The notes under the pieces were generated by a model. That model had not been told where the DNA came from, ran no database searches, and was given only the letters and a program-made list of their open reading frames with translations. A stretch of 64,000 bases of DNA from an uncultured delta proteobacterium. Its GTDB lineage: Bacteria; Bdellovibrionota; FAC87; UBA2466. Positions 20,113 through 26,885 of the stretch are shown here, in pieces; the first letter of the stretch is position 1, and each line of letters begins with the position of its first letter. The DNA lies in the NCBI GenBank assembly GCA_963778115.1, contig CAVZSV010000004.1, positions 416,001 to 480,000 of the forward strand, read 5' to 3'. Made by a program: the position numbers and the translations under genes.

Positions 20113-20832
20113 TTACTCTGACCAAATTTCGACGCGTTTATTGGGAGCCGTCCGAGCGGTCGGATAACGTTTCCTCGACTTGGGTGTCTCTTCTGAAGGG
20201 TTCCTAAGTGCTAAGTTAAGTGTACCCGTTTGCCGCCCCTTTTCCACCGTCTCGATATCGGTTTGGGATAGGGCCAATACGACGTCTACGCTGCTCCCTG
20301 TCTTAGCCATATCAATAACCAGAGCCCCTTCGACTAAGACCCTCGGAAACTCTCGATCCTCTCGCGGAGTGCAAATCACATCGACGCGATCGCCGCGCCT
20401 AACTCGAAGCTTTGCATTGAGGGGCAGCACAAAGGCGCGCTTACCGGGCGGCACTCGAACGCCCAACCCCGAGACGGCAACCCCAGGCTCAATGTTATTC
20501 CAAGTTACGTAGTCACCGTGGGAAAGCGCTTCTTTGAGAGTCGCTCCTTTTAAAACTTCCAGATCCTGATCGGTCAACGTCTCCTCGGCGGGTCTGGCGC
20601 CCGACTGAGCAACGCTACGTGTTGTCACATCAGCCAAACCGATGGAGGAACCCACCGGCAGGCTGCGCCGCATCACTAAATACCGAGGGCCTTCACTTTG
20701 CGTGGGCCGGTAAAGGGTTCTTAGCTCCCACACCACGGCAAGGGAACTTACGACTCCGACACCCAAAAGCAGAGCGTGTGGCCGGCCAAGGCAGTGCCGT
20801 AATTGTCGCATAACTTTAATTATGGATGCCAT
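20113..20832 (-). CDS. cpaB: Flp pilus assembly protein CpaB/RcpC-like
   Basis: TM helix, SAF-like region, VPPGKRAF, GDRVDVI, GTLNLALRNP. Confidence 0.85.
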   Translation of the reverse strand: MASIIKVMRQLRHCLGRPHALLLGVGVVSSLAVVWELRTLYRPTQSEGPRYLVMRRSLPVGSSIGLADVTTRSVAQSGARPAEETLTDQDLEVLKGATLKEALSHGDYVTWNNIEPGVAVSGLGVRVPPGKRAFVLPLNAKLRVRRGDRVDVICTPREDREFPRVLVEGALVIDMAKTGSSVDVVLALSQTDIETVEKGRQTGTLNLALRNPSEETPKSRKRYPTARTAPNKRVEIWSE

Positions 20833-20993
20833 AAACGAACTCCGTCATACCGCTGCCTCTGCTTCTGCAAGTCTGCTAACCGACGATTCCAATACTTCGT
20901 AACCGAAATCTGAGCTCCCAACGTCCACCACACGAGCAGAGTTAACATCCAAAGTACCTCCCAAAAAATAACTCCAGCATTTTTTCGTTTCAC
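20820..20993 (-). CDS. Small prepilin-like protein, 57 aa (absent from the ORF track)
   Basis: GTG overlaps the upstream TGA (GTGA); MKRKNAG|VIFWEVLWMLTLLVWW has G-1/E+5 and a hydrophobic helix. Confidence 0.75.
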   Translation of the reverse strand: MKRKNAGVIFWEVLWMLTLLVWWTLGAQISVTKYWNRRLADLQKQRQRYDGVRLWHP

Positions 20994-21610
20994 GGGAACT
21001 TTCTACTTTCAGAATATTCAGCGGGACGTAAAAAATAATCCCAGCCAGTGCTATTTCTAAGCGAACGCCCGGACCAACGGACCTCGACTGCCAAAGTGAG
21101 CGGCATGGTGCCATGGCCCCAAACTAAATAGCCCCTTTCCTTAGCGCGGATCTCCCAAAAAACGGGCCTTCCGCATCTAGGACAAGCGACTTCGACGACA
21201 GGAAGAGTAGACGATCGTGTCGTATTAAGAGCGTTCCCAGAAAAACGTGACGCCTCTAATCGAGCGCTCACCCAGGTCTGCTGCCAAAGGCTTTGCGCCC
21301 GCCAATAACTTGCCTGTCTAAACTCGTCTATTTTAACCTCCCATAGCCGATCGTCTGCGGCACAGGGGGACTGGGGTGCCAGTCGCGCACAGCTGTGTAC
21401 AACGTCGTGGATAGCTTCCCAGACCTCCAAAGTTCGATTGGCTTGCGTAAGCTCATTCCAAATTTTCCTGTCCCCCTTTCCTAGAACGATGGCCGCGTTG
21501 TCGACGGCAATCTGAAGCTCTTCTCTCAACCATAGCGATCGCAGGATCGACTGCGTCAATAGCGGACCCGACAATGCCACTAAAGCAAATGCTAAGAAGA
21601 GAATAGGCAT
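20990..21610 (-). CDS. TadG-like pseudopilin (start probably ATG 21610)
   Basis: Hydrophobic N-terminus, then ELQIAVDNAAIVLG resembling the Tad-domain LQxAxDAAA motif. Confidence 0.65.
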   Translation of the reverse strand: MPILFLAFALVALSGPLLTQSILRSLWLREELQIAVDNAAIVLGKGDRKIWNELTQANRTLEVWEAIHDVVHSCARLAPQSPCAADDRLWEVKIDEFRQASYWRAQSLWQQTWVSARLEASRFSGNALNTTRSSTLPVVEVACPRCGRPVFWEIRAKERGYLVWGHGTMPLTLAVEVRWSGRSLRNSTGWDYFLRPAEYSESRKFP

Positions 21611-22005
21611 CGTCGGGTCATCTGAAGACGCGGATGCATCCACGCCCACAGTCCTTGGTAACGTATCTGGGCACTTCCCCATACTCCACCGTGGTGGTGC
21701 CCCGAGAGAAAATCGATCTTACGTCTCCATCGTGAACGCTCACCTTGGGGAAGAGCCGTAAGGGCTTCCTTGAGCGCTTTCGATCGAGCGCCGGATTCCT
21801 CTACCCCTAGAGCCCGATAACGTGTGTAAGAAAATGCAATCCAATGAAGTAACGTCTGCGCTTGAACCGCTCGGCCAAGTTCCACTGCAAAAATCAGCGA
21901 AGGTAAGATGATAAGGCCTAGCACCAGAACCCCTTCCCAAAGTACGGATCCGCCAGAGGAACGAGATAGCTTTCCTATCATCGGGCCTATCATCGGGCCT
22001 ATCAT
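21592..22005 (-). CDS. TadE-like pseudopilin
   Basis: SSGG|SVLWEGVLVLGLIILP prepilin motif; lies in the Flp cluster. Confidence 0.75.
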   Translation of the reverse strand: MIGPMIGPMIGKLSRSSGGSVLWEGVLVLGLIILPSLIFAVELGRAVQAQTLLHWIAFSYTRYRALGVEESGARSKALKEALTALPQGERSRWRRKIDFLSGHHHGGVWGSAQIRYQGLWAWMHPRLQMTRRCLFSS

Positions 22006-22009
22006 CGGG
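21974..22009. repeat. 3 x 12-bp perfect tandem repeat at the flp/tadE junction
   Basis: CCTATCATCGGG x3 (minus strand CCCGATGATAGG). Confidence 0.95.
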
Positions 22010-22286
22010 AGCCTCCAGCGGGCTTTCCGGCACTTTCCGTATAGTCGTCAAAGCCTCGAAGTTCATAACTGGAAGATTCTGGCTTCTCTAATTCTTTTTT
22101 CACGTCTTTGTCGCCACGAAGGGCGGAAGAGATCGTGGCGTACCGTGCTCTAAGATTCTGCCCTACCACGCTAATGACCGCGATCGCAGACACCGCAACC
22201 AGACAGAGTAAGATCAAATACTCCGTAAGGGCCTGCCCCTTTTGAAAGACGGTTTGAGTTCGTTGGCTTTTTAACGCGATTTTCAT
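22002..22286 (-). CDS. Flp family type IVb pilin (start ATG 22286)
   Basis: QKG|QALTEYLILLCLVAVSAIAVI Flp motif; GAGG RBS. Confidence 0.9.
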   Translation of the reverse strand: MKIALKSQRTQTVFQKGQALTEYLILLCLVAVSAIAVISVVGQNLRARYATISSALRGDKDVKKELEKPESSSYELRGFDDYTESAGKPAGGSR

Positions 22287-22306
22287 ATGACCTCGGGTGA
22301 GGACTG

Positions 22307-22322
22307 TGCATGACGCGAGCCA
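22307..22322 (-). promoter_or_regulatory. Putative sigma54 promoter of the flp operon
   Basis: TGGCTCGCGTCATGCA, correct -24 GG / -12 GC spacing. Confidence 0.6.
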
Positions 22323-22509
22323 CCCTCCCAGGCACGGTTGGCATGACAAAGGTCCGGATTCCGTTCCTTCTAGGAAGTAAAACCGGATCCCGCGGCCCCT
22401 AACGCGAAACTAACGTTTCTTTTTTCCCTCACCGACGAAAAACACTTGTCAAAAGGGGTAGATTCTCCTAATTTTTTCGCTGCTTTGTCCACGTACAGGA
22501 GGTACGACG

Positions 22510-23055
22510 CTGTTTATTCCAAAAGAGATATTCTTCGTAAAAGGGGTTGGGAAAGAACGAGAACGTCTTGCGTCCTTTGAGATGGCACTCAGAGACGCTA
22601 AGATCGCCGAGTACAACCTCGTAAAAGTCACATCCATCTATCCTCCCCGCTGCCGGATGATTCCGATGCAGCAAGGAGTGAAGAAGCTTAAGGCGGGACA
22701 GATTCTGTATGTCGTTCTGGCAGAATCCTCGACCAATGAGCCAAACCGTCTGATCGCCGCATCGATCGGGGTAGCTATCCCTAAAGATCCCGACCAATAC
22801 GGCTATCTTAGCGAACATCACTCTTACGGTGAGACTAGCCAAAAGGTAGGAGAGTATTCCGAAGATCTCGCCGCCTATATGTTAGCGACCACCTTGGGAA
22901 TGAACTTCGAAAATGACGTCCAATATGATCCCCGCAAGGACCTATGGCGGATCAAAAAGGAAGTCGTCTCCACCCGAAACATCACGCAGACCGCGGTGGG
23001 TGAAAAGACCGGCCTTTGGACAACCGCGATCGCGGCGGCAGTGATGCTTCCCTAA
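22510..23055 (+). CDS. Pyruvoyl-dependent arginine decarboxylase (probable CTG start)
   Basis: FIPKEIFFVKGVG..LASFEMALRDAKIAEYNLVKVTSIYPP, GYLSEHH; AGGAGG 7 nt upstream of CTG 22510. Confidence 0.9.
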   Translation: MFIPKEIFFVKGVGKERERLASFEMALRDAKIAEYNLVKVTSIYPPRCRMIPMQQGVKKLKAGQILYVVLAESSTNEPNRLIAASIGVAIPKDPDQYGYLSEHHSYGETSQKVGEYSEDLAAYMLATTLGMNFENDVQYDPRKDLWRIKKEVVSTRNITQTAVGEKTGLWTTAIAAAVMLP

Positions 23056-23068
23056 GCGTTTGTGAATG

Positions 23069-23105
23069 GAGCTGGGTTGAACCACCAATAGGTTCACCCC
23101 GGCTC
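23069..23105 (+). terminator. Hairpin after the arginine decarboxylase gene
   Basis: GAGCTGGGTTGAACC...GGTTCACCCCGGCTC; the U-tract is distal and weak. Confidence 0.5.
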
Positions 23106-23139
23106 GCCTAATCTCTCTTTTTGGGATAGCGTTTAATGT

Positions 23140-24564
23140 GTGCTTTTGTTACTGAATTGGGCTCCCTACGTTTTATGGCTAGTATTGTCGGCCATCGCAG
23201 TCGCCAGTCTATTGCGCAATAAACGAGAACCGTCCTCGACCATCGCTTGGCTTGTTGTAGTCATCGCAATCCCTGTTTTGGGAACATTGCTCTTTTGGAT
23301 CTTGGGCCCGCAGCGGCTCGAGCGCAGTGCCGAGAAACGTAAAGAGAGGCTCCACGCCAAGGTTCCTCCACGCAATCCCAATCGTCCCCCTTCGCATACG
23401 GCCGATCATAGCGGACTGCGCGATAATTCCGTCCTCAAACTGGCCAAGCAGATCTCCGAATATGAAGTCTCTTTCGATAACCGTGTTAGCATTTTGCCGG
23501 ATCCCGCTACCTCGCTTGCGGCTATGCGCGAAGCCGTCCGCAGGGCAAAGCACTTCATCCATCTCGAATATTACATCATCGCTTCCGACGAAGTGACCCG
23601 GCAACTGACAGGAGATTTAGTCGACGCCGCCAAAAGAGGGGTTAAGGTTCGTATCCTCTACGATTCCTTTGGTTCGCTCTTTTTGAAGCGCATTTTCTTT
23701 AAAGACCTCATTAACCAGGGCGCTCAAATCGCAGGCTTTCTGCCCCTCTCTTTGGCCCCCCAACGACTCAATTTTAATTTCAGAAACCACCGCAAGATCC
23801 TATTAGTAGATGGAGTGTTGGCCTTCACGGGAGGAACCAATATTGGAAAGCAGTATCTGGGAAGACTCTCAGACAACCAGTGGCGAGACTTCTTGGTGCA
23901 GGTGGAGGGGCCGGTCTGTCTTCAGCTCTCTGACGTTTTCGCCAAAGACTGGCTGTTCACCACTAAAGAGAGCCTCTTTCTCCCTGAATATTTTCCCGAA
24001 CCCTCACGTGCCGGAGATTCCATCATCCAAGTCCTGGAAAGCGGACCGGACACTCCTTTTCATACCCTCCACCAGGCGATCTTCTTGGCTATCAATTCCG
24101 CCGAGAAGAGGGTTCTTTTGACCACCCCCTATTTTGTTCCGGATTCCGCGATGATGTCGGCACTGACGGTAGCTGCTCTGCGCGGAGTCGAAGTTCACCT
24201 CTTATTGCCCGCCAAGAGCGACTCGGCTTTGGTCCAACACGCCTCACGATCCTTCTACGATACCCTTTTGGAGGCCGGAGCTTCGATCTACGAGTACCAG
24301 CCCCGTATCTTGCACTCCAAGGTCCTTATCATCGACGATCGATGGACGGTCATAGGCTCCGCCAATATGGATGTGAGAAGTTTTCGACTTAACTTTGAAT
24401 TAAACTTGATGGTTTACGGCGAGGATCTTAGTCAGAAAGCAGCTGAAGTCTTCCACGCTGATCTGGCGCAGTCCAAAAAGGTGGTTAGAGAAGAGTTTTT
24501 AAAACGCCCCCTCAAGCAGCAGATTCTCGAAAACGCCTGTCGATTGCTGTCCCCGATGCTCTGA
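23140..24564 (+). CDS. cls: Cardiolipin synthase
   Basis: Two N-terminal TM helices; two HKD motifs (RNHRKILLVDG, LHSKVLIIDD). Confidence 0.95.
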   Translation: MLLLLNWAPYVLWLVLSAIAVASLLRNKREPSSTIAWLVVVIAIPVLGTLLFWILGPQRLERSAEKRKERLHAKVPPRNPNRPPSHTADHSGLRDNSVLKLAKQISEYEVSFDNRVSILPDPATSLAAMREAVRRAKHFIHLEYYIIASDEVTRQLTGDLVDAAKRGVKVRILYDSFGSLFLKRIFFKDLINQGAQIAGFLPLSLAPQRLNFNFRNHRKILLVDGVLAFTGGTNIGKQYLGRLSDNQWRDFLVQVEGPVCLQLSDVFAKDWLFTTKESLFLPEYFPEPSRAGDSIIQVLESGPDTPFHTLHQAIFLAINSAEKRVLLTTPYFVPDSAMMSALTVAALRGVEVHLLLPAKSDSALVQHASRSFYDTLLEAGASIYEYQPRILHSKVLIIDDRWTVIGSANMDVRSFRLNFELNLMVYGEDLSQKAAEVFHADLAQSKKVVREEFLKRPLKQQILENACRLLSPML

Positions 24565-24574
24565 GAGAGTAACT

Positions 24575-25084
24575 TTAGGTATTCTCGGCGCGGGTTACCT
24601 GGATAAATTCGGTAAGATAGTGTCTTGCCACCTGTTCGGCAGTGACTCGACTCCCCAGGAAAAACCATTCCACATCGTGAAAAGTCCCAAACTTCGCTTC
24701 TACCATTCCAGAGAACATAAAAGCGACTTTAGATTTTTGCATTCCTTCGACTGCGGAAACCCGGTCACACTGCAATTGAACGGTTCCGGGCTGGCGCATT
24801 GATAGCGACATCCGCATTTGATTGCGAGTCAGACTAAATTGGTCGAACGTATCGGAGCGAAGCAGACGCATCTGTAAATCACTGCTATTCACCCGCGAAT
24901 TGAAAAGTTTGGTCAAATATTCGAAATGATAAAAAAGGTCGCGGACGAACGTGGTCGTCTCCACGATCAAGACCTCTTCCTTGGTGCTAAAGATATCGAT
25001 GGAAGCTTTTTCTCCCGCTCGAATCATCAATTCCTGATCGGCCAAATTTTCAATCCACTTGATCGTCCGGTTGCTTGTCGACAT
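24575..25084 (-). CDS. Hypothetical protein (start probably ATG 25084)
   Basis: Natural-looking globular ORF filling the gap between cls and the 6S RNA. Confidence 0.7.
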   Translation of the reverse strand: MSTSNRTIKWIENLADQELMIRAGEKASIDIFSTKEEVLIVETTTFVRDLFYHFEYLTKLFNSRVNSSDLQMRLLRSDTFDQFSLTRNQMRMSLSMRQPGTVQLQCDRVSAVEGMQKSKVAFMFSGMVEAKFGTFHDVEWFFLGSRVTAEQVARHYLTEFIQVTRAENT

Positions 25085-25152
25085 GCGAGCCTTTGGAAAT
25101 TGAGACGGGAATTCCCCGAGCAGAGATTTTTTCACTCTAGGGAATAGCACCG

Positions 25153-25187
25153 GGGGGAGCGGTATTAAAAAAAATACCGCGACCCCC
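25153..25187 (-). terminator. Hairpin downstream of the 6S RNA
   Basis: GGGGG-A-GCGGTATT ... AATACCGC-GA-CCCCC inverted repeat. Confidence 0.55.
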
Positions 25188-25201
25188 TAGCTAAAAAATT
25201 T

Positions 25202-25381
25202 GACTCCCCCATCGTTAGGCCGTGGTTCGGAAATCCTTAACCCAGAATCTGAAAGTGGTCGCCTTATTGCTGCTTTAGGCTTCCTACGAAGTAGGCATGC
25301 ACACCGCAACAAGTGAAAGCTCCCGGTTAAGAACTTTGTAGGGTAAGGAATATCATGTTCCACGAACCTGACAGGGGAGCT
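25202..25381 (-). ncRNA. ssrS: 6S RNA
   Basis: ~180 nt; closing stem CUCCCC/GGGGAG; GUUCGUGG pairs CCACGGC; GGUGUGCAUGCC..GAAGCCUAAA and GGGUUAAGG blocks resemble the proteobacterial 6S consensus. Confidence 0.85.
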
Positions 25382-25387
25382 AACCCC

Positions 25388-25416
25388 ATTATCGCAAAAA
25401 CGAAGCCGTCATCCAA
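25388..25416 (-). promoter_or_regulatory. Sigma70 promoter of the 6S RNA
   Basis: TTGGAT-N17-GATAAT ending ~7 nt before the RNA 5' end. Confidence 0.7.
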
Positions 25417-25472
25417 GAGATACTGACGGGGCATTGTGCCCCATTCGGTTGGAATACAGCCCCTACCGAGGC

Positions 25473-25898
25473 TTAAGCTTCGGCATTCTTTACGGATAAT
25501 CCGGCAGCATCTTTGCCGGTGCCAACGCTGGCTTTACGCTCAAGAGTATCCAATTTCGTGCCCAAATCACGAACTTGGGTCTCTAGCGCCCGAATGACCT
25601 CTAACTGGTTTCCATCGCTGCCTTTAGCGAGGAAAGCCGTGAAAGAGCCATCACCTTGCTGAATAATATGGCGAAGAGTGGAAATCGGAATGGGACTGTC
25701 GGAACGCTTCTGCTTCTCAAAAATAATTTGAGTAAGCGTAGCTGCCGTTATGTCCTTTTGGTTGCGGTTATCGACAACCGTAACCTCTTCACCTTGTTGG
25801 ATCATCTCTGCGATTTCATCCAAAGTTACATAGCAACTGGCATCGGTGTCGTAGAGTTTACGATTCTGATACCGCTTAATAATTTTAGCCTTCTCCAT
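25473..25898 (-). CDS. PhaR-like (PHA synthesis regulator DNA-binding domain) protein
   Basis: IIKRYQNRKLYDT..SCYVTLDEI..VVDN...DIT..TLTQII; start ATG 25898. Confidence 0.9.
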   Translation of the reverse strand: MEKAKIIKRYQNRKLYDTDASCYVTLDEIAEMIQQGEEVTVVDNRNQKDITAATLTQIIFEKQKRSDSPIPISTLRHIIQQGDGSFTAFLAKGSDGNQLEVIRALETQVRDLGTKLDTLERKASVGTGKDAAGLSVKNAEA

Positions 25899-26287
25899 TG
25901 TTACCCCCAACCTGAATGGTCTGTTTGTCTGTTACGTTTATAGTTGGGCAACACACCGAGCTTATTTCCTTTCACCATCGCCCCAGGTCTAAAGTCGAGC
26001 TTCCCATCCCGTTAATAACAACAACGACGACAACACCAACTTCAACGCCACCGAACCAACTTCGACCCACGCCGGGCATCTTTAGGAATCCGTAAGGCAG
26101 ATTCCTAATGCCAGCGTCCCAATATTTTCCCACCGACATCAACGCGGCGAGAAGGACGACTGACTCAGAGCTCGGATGAAGGAAACAATAACCCCTTTTT
26201 TGCCCCAACCCCCAACCGCTAATCCCATTCCCTCGCGATCTTCCCATGCAAGAGCACGAGAATCAGGAACAGCGATCATACGGGGAC

Positions 26288-26316
26288 ATTCTTGGTCCGC
26301 TGACCCTCTCTGTCAA
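26288..26316 (-). promoter_or_regulatory. Putative sigma70 promoter ~390 nt upstream of the PhaR-like gene
   Basis: TTGACA-N17-AAGAAT. Confidence 0.6.
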
Positions 26317-26433
26317 GAATTATTAGAACGCGTAACGGAAAAGCTATTTAGTTGAAAACGTGGAGCTTTTTGAGCGGACGGGGGGAGTCATTTTCAGCCG
26401 AAGGCATCCGAAAAGTTTCAAGAAAAAATACGC

Positions 26434-26853
26434 TTAGACCAGCTGATCTCTTAACAAAGATCTTAAGTCGACGCGTAGGTCCTGATGAAGTCTCTCTTTG
26501 GTCTTTTCGATCTGTTTAAGGGTGGGAATCACATCGCGATGTTGAACGGCGGATCGCAATTCATTTTCTTCGAAAGTAGGAGCCGTTAAGTCTTGAGTTT
26601 TCTGGTTATCGACGAGAGTCGCTGCCTCAACACAGAGCTTGGCTAACTTCGATAATTGCGCGTCAAGACGGGAACGCTGTTCCGCAGATTGAGCCTCTAT
26701 TTCGTGGAACTTTATCTCCATCACTTTAAGCGCTGCACCCAACTGCGATTCTATTTGCGTCGAGTCGGAATTTGCTCTTTTCAAAAAATAAAAAACCACG
26801 AGTCCGATGACGAGGAAATCAAACGCTAGTTGGAGAAGAACAAAGGCAAACAT
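26434..26853 (-). CDS. Hypothetical protein, N-terminal TM plus coiled coil
   Basis: GAGG RBS; downstream of pilQ. Confidence 0.75.
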   Translation of the reverse strand: MFAFVLLQLAFDFLVIGLVVFYFLKRANSDSTQIESQLGAALKVMEIKFHEIEAQSAEQRSRLDAQLSKLAKLCVEAATLVDNQKTQDLTAPTFEENELRSAVQHRDVIPTLKQIEKTKERLHQDLRVDLRSLLRDQLV

Positions 26854-26885
26854 ATGGATACCTCAAGTAGGTGTGTCACAAGACG

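Noticed and set aside
20845..21114. 89-aa minus-strand ORF in the Tad cluster
   Set aside because: The alternative frame 20820-20993 has a prepilin motif and coupled overlaps
25972..26247. 91-aa minus-strand ORF with poly-Val
   Set aside because: Low complexity from GTT repeats and no clear RBS; better explained as a leader
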